A program made the position numbers and the translations under genes. 64,000 nt of DNA from Styela clava. Taxonomy: Eukaryota. Under the pieces are notes generated by a model that was given only the letters and a program-made list of their open reading frames with translations, did no database searches and was not told the DNA's origin. The stretch is from contig NC_135257.1 of the NCBI RefSeq assembly GCF_964204865.1, positions 9,424,001 to 9,488,000 on the forward strand, written 5' to 3'. Below, in pieces: positions 52,142-63,107 of this stretch. Position 1 is the stretch's first letter; the number at the start of each line of letters is the position of its first letter.

Positions 52142-52392
52142 CCTCTGGTGTCACCACTACAACCACTGCGGGTATTACTACCACCACCGGTGCTGCAGCT
52201 ACCACTACCACCACTTCGGCGACAACCACAACAGCTGCCACTTCAGTTTTTACTTGTGAAGGCAAACCAGACGGTAACTATGCCGATCCATATGACGACA
52301 CATTTTTCTACCAATGCTCCGGCGGTTTGACTACCATCCAACAATGTCCTCCGGGTACTGCATTCAACGGAGCGATTTGTGACTGGGCCTAA
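52142..52392 (+). CDS. Alternative terminal exon 14b of the chitinase (Thr-rich linker plus one chitin-binding domain)
   Basis: Acceptor CCCAG at 52141, phase 1 like the donor at 50219. Open frame ASGVTTTTTAG...FTCEGKPDGNYADPYDDTFFYQCSGGLTTIQQCPPGTAFNGAICDWA-stop; AATAAA downstream at about 52798 and 52831. Confidence 0.85.
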
Positions 52393-53687
52393 TTCCTAAT
52401 TCATGAAAATGCTGCTGCTTATGCTTGTTGCGCTTCGCTGTTAGGGCCTCTATGAAAATGCATAAATTGAACAAAAACACTGCTAAATTTTATGTGACAT
52501 GCCGCTTGAAAATTGTTGAATGTTTCAAAATACCCACGTAAAATTGATTTCAATTTATCATAAGAATTTTTCTTGAAAAAGTATTAGGCCTAGATTCTGA
52601 AATATACGTTTAAACAGAGTTGGAATGAGAACCCGAAGCAATTTGCTCAGATAATTTATTTGGCTCCTTTAAACAAAGTACAAGAATATGGGCTTTGAAT
52701 AATACGCTATCACTGTTTTCACTCTGCTGTTGCTGCGTCTGTGTGCTCGCTTGCGGTGTGCTTCCTCGGCGAGGTTAACTCGATAGATTCGAAGGCGAAT
52801 AAAAGAATCGTTAGTTGAGTAATTGATGCTAATAAATGTGCATAACTATGTTGCCAACCGCTTTGTTTTCATTTCTCATTGTTGGTGGCTCTTCTGCCCG
52901 TCTTCTTCCGCTACCTTATTGCTTCTCAATGTTTAAATGTGTTTTATGTCAGCGAAATACATAAGCTTGCTGGTGAATGTTAGTGTTTTTTTTATTGCAA
53001 TCTTCAGTTATTTAATTCAACATAATAAAAACAGTGTAATTATATTTAAACAACTCCGTACAAATATGAAAATTGTGTGACTTGAAGCCTACTCATACAA
53101 AGCATTTTATTGTGTATGTTTATAGTAACATTTGACCGGGAAAATACAATTCCTACAATTTCGTTCTGTACGTAAAATAGTTCTGTTAATCTGCATGCTT
53201 GTGCACATATTATCTGTCCTGCGTATTTGTGTTAGTTGTCCTGTCTATCTTTGTTGACCTCAAAATTCCGTGTGTTTACGAATATTGTCATGGTTTTGCT
53301 TTCATCTTGGAGAAACTTATCTACGAAAAATATTCAAGACACCCCGGTGTTTCACGGCCTGTTCAAGGTTTTATGTATGTACAGTATTTTCGTTATCGTT
53401 ACTTATGTCTGTAATTATTCTGTTTGTCATATATATTTGTCGTCAGCATCGTAACGCTAAAAGAGACAATCACTCGATCAGCTACAAATATTATGGAATT
53501 TCAAATTTTGCTATTTTTCTACTAATCAAATTGTTCATATTCAAGCAGGGGTCTTATGCCCTACAGCGTTTTGCGGACATTGAATAAATTTTCACTTTTT
53601 CGTCCAGAAATTACATGCCAGGGAATTTAACTAATTTGCAATACAACAATTAGTCTCAGTGTTTTAGGAAAAGCTTTTCCTACAGGC

Positions 53688-53900
53688 GGGACGGAGTCAT
53701 AACAGACAGCACATGTCCCGTTATGTATTACGATGCTGATTGTGTAAATGACGATCTTCGTGTTGTTTGTTTTGTTGTCTCAGTCTGTCTGAAATAACAC
53801 TTTTTCCACGTCGGGACGGGGAGTCATTGCAGACGGGCACATGTCTTTTATTAGATTATAATCGTGATGTTGTCTTGTGTAGTTTTGTATTTGTTTGATT
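53688..53900. repeat. Diverged two-copy direct repeat (about 125-bp period)
   Basis: CGGGACGG-AGTCATAACAGACAGCACATGTC at about 53687 recurs as CGGGACGGGGAGTCATTGCAGACGGGCACATGTC at about 53812, each followed by TG-rich sequence. Confidence 0.6.
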
Positions 53901-54338
53901 CTCAATGTCGCTTCAATTTGTGTCAGATTAAAATAGTGTGGACTCGGTCATATAATACAATAGCGATGGTAACATTCTTGATTTTACTTTAAGATAAAAA
54001 TCGCAGTTACTACTGTTTAATATCTCTAAAAGAAATTCTACATTCATTATATATATATAATGATTGAAATTTGACCTCACCACATATAATTGTTTATTGC
54101 TGTAAAAATTTCTTTGGTTGAATGTTTTAAAATTATCTGATGGGCGTGCATACACCCTTTTCATGTTTACTATATGGCCGGGGATAATGGCAATATATAT
54201 ATGTCAATAAATGTACCAGGAATTGAATATATGGGTTGAGTGTTGAATACTAACATATACAGCAAGAACACTGGGGTAAATAACTCACATCGTCAAATTT
54301 AAAATGGATGTATGCCCAACAAGAATAGAACAGACTGT

Positions 54339-54654
54339 GGAGTGTGGCGCATCGTGCTCAGCGTTAGGAATACGCTCACCAACGCACCTCCGATTACCCT
54401 GCGTAGGTTCGCAGCCCATGTAGTGACGAATATGTGCGAGTATTGCTGGACTCTCGCCGCCGTAGTGGTTCACGTAACCGCGGGTCGGTCAAGGCTTCCT
54501 GCACCATTAAGTTCATGCATCTGAAAATAAATAACAGGTCAACTAATCCTATACCCAACATGCACTGGTAACCGGACAAGAGGCCGTGGTTCGCCAGGTG
54601 ATTGAGCCGACTCGTGGGATTTTCTCTTCCCGGGATAAATATTAAATCCCATCC
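54339..54654 (+). mobile_element. tRNA-derived SINE
   Basis: Pol III A-box-like TGGCGCATCGTG near the start, B-box-like GGTTCGCAGCCC at 54406-54417, about 240 bp of GC-rich body and a short ATCCC/ATCC tail. It does not fold as a complete tRNA. Confidence 0.65.
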
Positions 54655-55298
54655 GAACTTTTTGCTACTAAGTCTTTTCAGTTAACGGTACATGGAAGGA
54701 TTGACCAGAAAATCCGAAACTGCGCTTCTTTTACCGCTCCATTCGACCGGCTGTGCCAATGGCCCAAATTTTTAAATTAAATGACGTATTTCTCTGCATA
54801 TACTGGCTGTAGAATAAACCTGATCGTTTCAGATAGGCGTGGGTGACAGAGAAAATAGCGATCAGCGTTTGCATGAATCAAGTCGGCGACAAGATGCCTA
54901 CCAGGTAATCATCTACATCAGGCCTGCCCAACCTTTTTCGGCCACTTTCACGTGACGAAATCGGTCGCGGGCAGCAAACCTTTGTACCAAACATTAATAC
55001 CAGATAAGTCCCGATTTTGGTGTAGGTAATCACAAAATACATAAAAGGCGAGTTCATTAACATAAAATCAATCAAATTAATAATTGCTTACTGGGTAGGG
55101 CTGGCAAATTATTCGGATATTAGAATAGCGGTTTACTATCCGAATATCTGGTAAACGGGGCGTGGACATAACACTCTCGGGCGACCGAATCAAAAAATCA
55201 ATCATCGCACAACACACTTGCGGTTTTTTGCGACGACGCAAGAAACACACACATCACGTCAAAGTTGAGTGTTTTATTGCAGTATATATAGTGTTTTT

Positions 55299-57512
55299 CA
55301 GTGGCGGCGCGTGGTCATTTTGACAACCGGGGCAAGCTACTGCGGGACCAAGTCACCACCTTCTACGGGGACAGGATGAGCGCTGTAAGTTCTCCCATCA
55401 TTTTATGAGTATAAAAACCATTCCATCGGTAACAACGAATCGGCAAAAGCGACAATTTTTAACGATAAGAAAGTGTCTTTAAAACCGGTCCAAGTCAAGG
55501 GATTAATAAATATAGACATAGTTTATTTTGAAACCTCTTTCAAAAGGAAAGGCAATATTTACCCAGATAAATACAATGACATATTAACAGAAACTTCGGG
55601 AAAGCAGACAAAACCTAAAATAAGGTTTAAAACGTTACTATGAAGAAAGGAAAGTTATGCAAAGATAAGGACATGCGTCGCTCACTCATAGATATATATG
55701 CTGCTAGACTTCTACTGCTTGAACATATAGGCAACACGCCGCGGTTTCTTGGAAGCAAAATGCTCAATAACGCGCTGATTAAAGTCATGCATCCCAGAAA
55801 TAACGTCTCTGTGAATGGATAAAACAGCCAAGGAATTTAATCTATCTTGCTTCATTGTGTTTCTGAGATACGCTTTAATACGCTTCAGCGTGCTGAATGT
55901 TCGCTCTGCGTCGGCGGAAGAAATAGGCGTCGTCAAAATGAGGTCCAGAAATTTTGCAGACGCCGCAAAGGTAGTTACTAGTGTGTTATCTATGAGGAAC
56001 CCATAGAGCGCGCAAGTTGATGTGATGTTCAAAAAAGTTTGATTGGTGTATATACATTGCAATTCATTTTCCAATTTACCCACGTTTATCATGGGGTAAA
56101 ATTTGGAGACAGTAGCCAACAAATGGATGGGAAATTGACGTGCAAATTTTGAAAAATTTTTGGGGTTCATCAAAGAGAACGCGGCAAGGTGTTCAGTGCG
56201 CAGACGATCGCCTATTTGATTCACCAGAATGTCACAGCATTCCTTTGCAGACAAAATCAAACGCTGCGTTGTTTGCCCGCGGCGTAAAGAAGCACTCCAT
56301 GTGTCGTCGTATTTTATTGTTTCCCGGATACGAGATACAGCATCGCAAAAGTCTGAAATACACGACTGCACAGACGCTCCATCCATTAGCCTTGACTGCA
56401 ATGCGCCGTATAATACATCCACGTGATAGAATATTGTGGAGAAAAAAGCGAGAAAAAATGAAAACTCACCATCTTCTAGCAGACGCTTTAGACCTGCCGC
56501 CTCCCTCACAGAAAGTTCGTCCCAAACCGGAGAGCTCTGAATGCCATTGGAACCGAGCTCAGACCTAATTTTGGACACGCCCTGCACCACGCGTGATTGG
56601 AAGTTCCAACGTGTTGGTGCACAAGCTGGGAGACGGCGGCTACATATCTGGCGAAGGAGGTCAGAGCGCTTCGGCGAAACGGAAAAAAATGAAGAAAACC
56701 CCGAAACATTTGCAAAAAATATACGGACGAGAGGGTTATCAAGACACATATTTTTAATAACGAGATTAAATTGGTGTGCATAACAATGTAAAAAATGCGC
56801 ATGAGGAAAATCTTCTTTTATATAAACTTGAACACCATGTTTCGACCCACTCATGACTGCCGCGCCGTCATAAGTTTGAGCTATCAATTTTGACTTCGCG
56901 TTGTAAGGCTGTAACACTTCTTTCAGTACAGCCGATATCCCGCAAGACGTGCGATCAACGATTGGTACAAAGCTGTGAAATCTCTCGGTAGGTTTACCAT
57001 CTTTCACAAACCGAAAAATCACAGCCAGTTGGGAAACGCACGTGATGTCAGTTGTCTCGTCAGACTGAATCGAAAGGAACTGGCAATTCTCAATTTCCAG
57101 AGCCAAATGTTGTAAATAAATTTTATACATTGAGTCGAGCAAATCATTTTGGATATCCTTAGATGTCCCTTTCGAAACAGTTGCGGCATCAAGATGATCT
57201 CTCAAACACGTTGTTGTAAGAAACGTCGGCATTGTGTCGTCATAATTTCGGGGCTAGCATGATGATTTAGTAAAAGAAACAGAAAACAAACGAGACAAAC
57301 GCGGCGAGTGGAAGATAAAAGAGAGAATACGATATACAATGAGCAACCGGGGCAAAATCGACGTCGCCCCGTCGACGTTCGGCGAAGGCTTTGCGAGCGA
57401 AAAATGAACCATGTCGGGAGAATATGGCTAGTGTAGACAGTCTGTGCAACCGATATTGAGGTATTTTTCGAATATTTTTTATTATACCGGCCCTATTGAC
57501 GCGCCGCCACTG
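55299..57512 (-). mobile_element. hAT transposon C (ZMYM1/DUF4371, Tip100-like), 2214 bp
   Basis: Perfect 14-bp TIR CAGTGGCGGCGCGT / ACGCGCCGCCACTG; subterminal CAACCGGGGCAA at both ends; encloses the transposase ORF. Confidence 0.9.
55712..57232 (-). CDS. hAT transposase, apparently N-terminally truncated
   Basis: 506-aa ORF with DUF4371-type SKDIQNDLL, catalytic SIQSDETTD, QTYDGAAVMSG, CYAH (CxxH), TRW, and dimerisation domain SSADAERTFSTLKRIKAYLRNTMKQDRLNSLAVLSIH. No N-terminal zinc finger. Confidence 0.9.
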   Translation of the reverse strand: MPTFLTTTCLRDHLDAATVSKGTSKDIQNDLLDSMYKIYLQHLALEIENCQFLSIQSDETTDITCVSQLAVIFRFVKDGKPTERFHSFVPIVDRTSCGISAVLKEVLQPYNAKSKLIAQTYDGAAVMSGSKHGVQVYIKEDFPHAHFLHCYAHQFNLVIKNMCLDNPLVRIFFANVSGFSSFFSVSPKRSDLLRQICSRRLPACAPTRWNFQSRVVQGVSKIRSELGSNGIQSSPVWDELSVREAAGLKRLLEDGEFSFFLAFFSTIFYHVDVLYGALQSRLMDGASVQSCISDFCDAVSRIRETIKYDDTWSASLRRGQTTQRLILSAKECCDILVNQIGDRLRTEHLAAFSLMNPKNFSKFARQFPIHLLATVSKFYPMINVGKLENELQCIYTNQTFLNITSTCALYGFLIDNTLVTTFAASAKFLDLILTTPISSADAERTFSTLKRIKAYLRNTMKQDRLNSLAVLSIHRDVISGMHDFNQRVIEHFASKKPRRVAYMFKQ

Positions 57513-58275
57513 TTTTTATTCATTTATTTTCAGTAGCTACGATACTGCTTTAATGTTCAAATGAGCATAATGTGCGTCAATGTCGCGGCAATATCAAGTT
57601 TTAGTGGGCCGTTTCGTAAAATTTGAAACATCAATACAAGTATTTAATGAAGTAAAATAACGAAGATTTCTGAACAAATAGTCGATATATACTGATTTGT
57701 GACTAATTCGTAGCAATGTCATTACGTCAATTTCATCAGAATTATTGACGAATATGCAGTGACGACATTTCCAAAATCTTATTTAACGCGAACATAACAT
57801 GAACAAAAGTACAAACATAAAAAGACAACGAGTCCGGGACCAGTACCCAGGATATTGTTGACTTTTCATTTTACGTTGGCGATAAAGACGATCAAAGCCG
57901 ACACGAAAGAAAGCAATCAGAATGGAATTAATTTGCAAACTTAGGCTCCAAGTTCACTCCTATATTTGCGCTCAGCGTTTGTTCCCAATGATCGCACAAT
58001 ATCTTTATAGTTAGTCGAAAAGAGTGCACAGTTTTGCGAGAAATGAAAAAAAAAATGACGTTGATGTCCACCAGGGTGCAAGACTTGACACATACCTAAT
58101 AATAAAAACCGGCATTTGATTTGAACGTAGATAGATGGCAGGAATAATCACACCAAAATCACCAAAGATACTTATGTATAGTAAAATGTATGTGAAAAGT
58201 CTGCTTACCAACTTTATAGGGCGGGCCGCAAAAAACACTTCAGCGGGCCGAATGTTGGGCAGCCTTGATCTACAT

Positions 58276-58670
58276 CACTGGTTCGCAAACTGGGGACCGC
58301 GAAGCAATTTTAGGGGGGCCGCGAGACAATTGAAACCTCGGCACAGAAGTAGTGGGATTTGAAGAAAAATTTAGATGTCATGCTTTTACAGCGTTTCTCC
58401 CATGCACGACACGCTCTCCGAAGACATTATTACGTAACAAACGTTGGTTTACGTAGCAAGTACCGTAAATCCGAGCGAGCGAGCGAAGGCGTGTGCAACA
58501 GATTGTACATTTTCTCGCTTCTCATTGAACTGTTTTAATGTCATTCAATAGATGAATGCTTGATATACCGCGTTGCTATTTGCTTTCATTGCTATAGTGG
58601 ACCGCTAGTCATCAGCAAAATCGAAAAGGGACCGTTATGCATAATTTTTCAAAAAGTTTGAAAACCACTG
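58276..58670. mobile_element. hAT (Charlie-type) MITE B, abutting element A
   Basis: TIRs CACTGGTTCGCAAACT / AGTTTGAAAACCACTG (13/16); flanked by ATCTACAT (58268-58275) and ATCTACAC (58671-58678); same TIR type as 34951-35252. Confidence 0.85.
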
Positions 58671-59625
58671 ATCTACACAATCATATAATAATATGTCTGC
58701 AAAGTACGCCAACCATTTAAGACTTTCAATATCTTCCAAATTATTATGGCGATTTACACACCCTCGCTATGTATTGTAGCAATACATTTCGCCAGGGAGA
58801 TGTTATAGCAAATTTTTAGGGCCATCCAAATTCACATTAAAGGAGAAACAACAAAGACGATTTATGAATACAACAAAGAGCAGCCAAGAGAATAATTTCA
58901 TATACAATATTCAAAGATAAAATTTATAGCTTGTCGAGGTTGACGAATAATTTTGTTCAGCATGATAACCTGCAAAATATAATCACGGCATGCTTGAAAT
59001 TTCAGCAATCACTAATAATTGCCAAATTATTCTGGTCCCAAGTTTCCAATTTTTTTTACTAAATTTCTTTGAGAATTTGACATTTGAGAATATTGAAATC
59101 ACTGTATTTTAATGCCAAACATATTAAACTGCATTGGGAAAAAGTGACCGAAGTCGACATCAGATACTGTTTATTTTATTTTCAAAAGAATTTGCTCAAA
59201 GCAAGGTCATGTATGCTCACTCAGAGAGAGAGGTAGAAATGTTGCAAAAACAGGATTCGAGACATCCCATTAACTTCATCACAGATTACAGAAACTAATG
59301 ATACAAATCCACCAATAATTTCTTCAAACTGCTGAAGTGAGCTCAGTTTCGAAAAACCAGCAGTGGTTTGAACTAAATAAAAAACAATGATGAGAATTGC
59401 TTGTGAGAGGCTGTTTATTCCAAGTTTCAGAGGAAGGTGATTCGATATGCGAACATTGAATGTAAAGGCACTTCAGTAAAATGAAGTTTATATAGTTTAA
59501 ATTAAACTAATGGTGAAAGTGAGACCAGTTTTCACGTTTTAATGAAGCCAGTAATAAGTAAACCTTTAGCAAAACTACATATGCGGGCCACTGGCTGAGC
59601 ATATGTCCTTCACATAAAAATAACA

Positions 59626-61026
59626 CTATCCACTGAAATCTCCATTACTGTAGTTTGACTCTGAAAATAAAGTTGCTTCAATCTGCCGTCCTCCAAACCA
59701 GCGGTTATTTAAACTTTCTACAGCAGTGGCTGTTGATGAACTCAATTCAAATTCAACGAAAATCTTGACAATACACGGTGCATCATCTTCTTCACCTTGT
59801 TTTTCTTTGTAAATAATAACTTTTTTAACCACACCAAACTTTCCACATTCTTCCGTTACCTCCGCTTCTAAATCTTCATCGATTTCTTCCACACTCACCA
59901 TATTGCAAAGTTTCATTATTTTTGATGTCACTGAAGTGTTTTCAACTGGTATTGTTATTACACCAGGCAGTTCCGCCAAGTTTCCTTGGAAATTTTGATG
60001 AGTTATACCGAGAGTGGGAGTAATTACCCCAGGTGGAGGCACAGATGCTACTTGTTGAGGCTGGGTTGGTAATATATTAGGGATCACTACTTTTGGTGGG
60101 GCAACTGTTGGGCGTATTATAGTTCCAGGCAGTGCGGATAGTGGCACTGTGATTGGCAAATTATCGGCAGGGGACTGAACTGCAGGTGTGTCAAGAAGAC
60201 TGGGAACACCCATCAAATTACTGGCTAATGAGTTTCCTTTCAACGTTGGGGGAGGTGGACCAATACCTCTGCCAACTCTAAGATTCTGTCCTCCTAGATC
60301 AAACAAGTTCATTGATGTAATAGCGTCTTTAGCTGACTGTAGGGTCTCATATTCTATGGATCCATATCCTTTATGTTTCCCAGATGTTGGATCTGGAGCA
60401 AGCGTGCATGATGTAATGTTACCAAATGCAGAAAACACAGATTTCAAATCTTCGATTGACAAATCTTCGTGAACAGAAGACACATATACCCTTTTTGAAG
60501 TTTTTGATTCCTCTAAAATTTGGTCAATAATCGGATGACTTTGTGGCATATTTGATGGTCGACCAACTTTAATTGGCCTGCCACCCAACAACATACCAGA
60601 CATCTGTTCCATCGCAAGTTGAGCAGCATCCGGTGTTTCATATTCAATAAATGCGAATCCTTTATGTTTGCCAGTTATTGGATCAAATGACATGTTAATA
60701 GTTTTTATCACTCCAAATTGTCCGAAAGCAGTACGGACGATCTCTTCTCTTAGGTCATAGAATATAGAACCAACATATACTCGACACATTAGTACGAGGG
60801 CTTGTTGTCTCTGTAATTGCATTGCTTGAGTCATTGTGCCATCCTCTCCAGGCTTTGGCAATAGTCCAGCTTCAATTTGTTGCTTTTTCAAAACATGCTT
60901 TACACTTTCCTGCATAGCATATTGCTTAGCTTTCATGAGAGCTCCTTGTTGTTCAGGTGATAACTGTGGAAGTGACTTTTTTGCAGCAATTGCTGAATAC
61001 TGTACAGTTCCAATTCCAGCAGCCAT
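59626..61026 (-). CDS. PUF60: Poly(U)-binding splicing factor PUF60 (half pint), 466 aa, intronless CDS
   Basis: KAKQYAMQESVKHVL and QRQQALVLMCRVYVGSI (RRM1, KHKGFAFIEY), IKVGRPSNMPQ, RRM2 ending AITSMNLFDLGGQNLRVG, Pro-rich linker, and C-terminal UHM (NMVSVEEIDEDLEAEVTEECGKFG...LNNRWFGGR). Confidence 0.97.
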   Translation of the reverse strand: MAAGIGTVQYSAIAAKKSLPQLSPEQQGALMKAKQYAMQESVKHVLKKQQIEAGLLPKPGEDGTMTQAMQLQRQQALVLMCRVYVGSIFYDLREEIVRTAFGQFGVIKTINMSFDPITGKHKGFAFIEYETPDAAQLAMEQMSGMLLGGRPIKVGRPSNMPQSHPIIDQILEESKTSKRVYVSSVHEDLSIEDLKSVFSAFGNITSCTLAPDPTSGKHKGYGSIEYETLQSAKDAITSMNLFDLGGQNLRVGRGIGPPPPTLKGNSLASNLMGVPSLLDTPAVQSPADNLPITVPLSALPGTIIRPTVAPPKVVIPNILPTQPQQVASVPPPGVITPTLGITHQNFQGNLAELPGVITIPVENTSVTSKIMKLCNMVSVEEIDEDLEAEVTEECGKFGVVKKVIIYKEKQGEEDDAPCIVKIFVEFELSSSTATAVESLNNRWFGGRQIEATLFSESNYSNGDFSG

Positions 61027-61245
61027 ATTGACAAAATTTACCTTGATTTTTGAGTAAAATTATATTTCCCAACTATTATTTACTGTTTTGAAGTGCTGAA
61101 GAAAAAATAGAATCAAACAAGTATCTGATTTGATTCCATAAATAACTGTTATAAGCAAATGATAAAATTAATTGCTCACATTTTCAGCCCAAGTTGAATA
61201 GTCTGATCAATGAAATATAAAATAATAAGATTACTCAAGATATAT

Positions 61246-61810
61246 CATTGATTTCCAACCTTTTCAAACCGCGGAACACTTCTAGATCATGAATTTTTCG
61301 AGGAACACAGAACAAAAATATCTGATTTTGTTGAAACTATCCGAATTATCAATAACTTCCATCAGATTTAGCGTACAAATGAAATTACAATAAGACTAAT
61401 TGACTTGAGTTGTAAATAGAAGCAACAAGTTTAGATTCCTGACTACCTACACAGAACAAGAGTACGTTGAAATACCAATGAAAATTATTTAAAATTCTCC
61501 CTGTACTTCTATCATTGACTAATTTTAGTGTTTCTTTAAGGAGTAAATTGTAAATAGCATCTGAGTCTGTGAGTGGCTTAATTTAATTTGGTACGGTACG
61601 TTTTCGTTAACGTTTTAGTGTTTAGCCACCGTTTCGGAAATAAACTAGGAAGTCTGTTCCTAGAGAAACGTTTGTTATGCAGAATCTTTTTAAAAACTAA
61701 ATACATGATCGGTGGATTTGAATTTCCTTCTGTTATCAAAAAATATGATAAAATTATTTAAAAAAATGGGGAACAACAATTTGACGCGAAACACCTGTTG
61801 AAAATCACTA
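61246..61810. mobile_element. hAT-like MITE upstream of the PUF60 CDS
   Basis: Ends CATTGATTTCCAACC ... GTTGAAAATCACTA with subterminal CGCGGAACAC/CGCGAAACAC; TSD not evident. Confidence 0.55.
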
Positions 61811-62435
61811 CTGCACTAGGCTATATCATGCTCATGGCCCGACTAAAGATTACAATATTTAATAAAAATCAACTAATACAGGTACGGTACTGAGAATTAC
61901 TCACATCTGCACAGGGAATTACGGTATAGCACGAGTTGAAAACAAAAATAAAAAACTTTTTTCATTGTCATCTGATTGTCAATTAACTCTTACTCTGAAC
62001 TTAACTCCAAAGACTTTAAGTGAACAGCAGGTTTTACACATGTGCAGTAGTATTAAGCACAAACAGGATTCAGAACTGGCAAAAGACAGGAGTCCCCGTC
62101 ACGTTTACGTTTCTGCTGGCCACCATACAGCAATACTTATGTGGCATTTTGTTGGGACAGGAGATGTCAGATTTGAAGCATAGCTTATTTCAGACACTTA
62201 AACATCTGAACAATGCTGAAACTATGCAGCATTTTTTTTTTTTTGTTTTTTTTTTATGATTCCACAATGTGGTTTATGCATTTGTTCATTACTGCATTAT
62301 CACGATGGCTGCCTATTTGGCTTGGCCACCCCCTGAATTTAGTGTTCACTGACCACTCATTTATTGCTCTGTCGATTGAATGAGTTAATTTGTCGAGGTC
62401 AAAGTTCGGGTAGGTAAGACCTAAGTGGTGGAAGC

Positions 62436-63107
62436 AGACACGAAATGAACTGAATCGTTTCGTTATTATGTTGTTGTTAGTGTATTTCTTCCAATCGTTA
62501 TGAAAAAATCATTCTCTTTAGTTATTAGACCAATTTCGGTTAAAGATTATATTTTTTGCAATGGACCTTTCCCCGAGCATCGACTTCCTTGTTTACTTCG
62601 TGACATTGGCCAATCAGCAAGATGCAAAAAGTGACGTAACAATGCCCCCTTTTCGCATCCGCTCAGACAGTTTTCTCACTCAGACAGATTTTCAAACGTG
62701 GTTGTAAACATTACCTCGTTTTTAAACTCTATTCGTTAGTTTTCAGTTGTGTTTCGGAAACTTAAATAAAAATCAGATAATTCAATGATCACTCTGTCTT
62801 CCCAGGAGTTTTATAATTTAATTGCAGTGATAAAAATTAGCGTAGAAATAGCTGTGATAGACTATCCTGAAATTCTTTACCGGTACTTTTAAAAAACAGA
62901 TTGTTGTGTGCGATGAATCATAATAATGGTTTGAAACATATACCCCATTTTACATGCGCCAACTCGCAAAAGCACTCCTAAAATAGCACTGAAAATTTTG
63001 CAATGGTAAAAAATAGGAAGAATTTTCCGGGGGTCAAAGTCCATTGCAGCGGTTACCTACTAGGTACGGTATTTCGTGTCCATATATTTGAGCATTAATC
63101 TCTTGTT
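62436..63107 (+). mobile_element. Helentron-associated (HINE/DINE-1-like) element, copy 3
   Basis: Subterminal inverted repeat GACACGAAAT(62437) / ATTTCGTGTC(63071), TTATGTTGTTGTT tract, and the family 3' end CATATATTTGAGCATTAATCTCTTGTT. Confidence 0.65.

Larger units (their letters stand above)
54919..58267. mobile_element. Non-autonomous hAT (Charlie-type) element A hosting a nested hAT transposon
   Basis: TIRs CAGGCCTGCCCAAC / GTTGGGCAGCCTTG (12/14), subterminal GCGGGCCG motifs, perfect 8-bp TSD ATCTACAT at 54911-54918 and 58268-58275. Confidence 0.85.

Noticed and set aside
54339-54420. tRNA gene
   Set aside because: A/B-box spacing is too long, there is no cloverleaf, and it continues into a SINE-like body.
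55097-55298. TAGGGCTGGC as the left end of a fourth nested hAT element
   Set aside because: I found no matching right TIR or TSD; at most a fragment.
55815-56802. Overlapping ORFs within the transposase, and similar antisense ORFs in PUF60, LRRC57 and the 7TM gene
   Set aside because: They are shadows of the real coding frames with no independent features.
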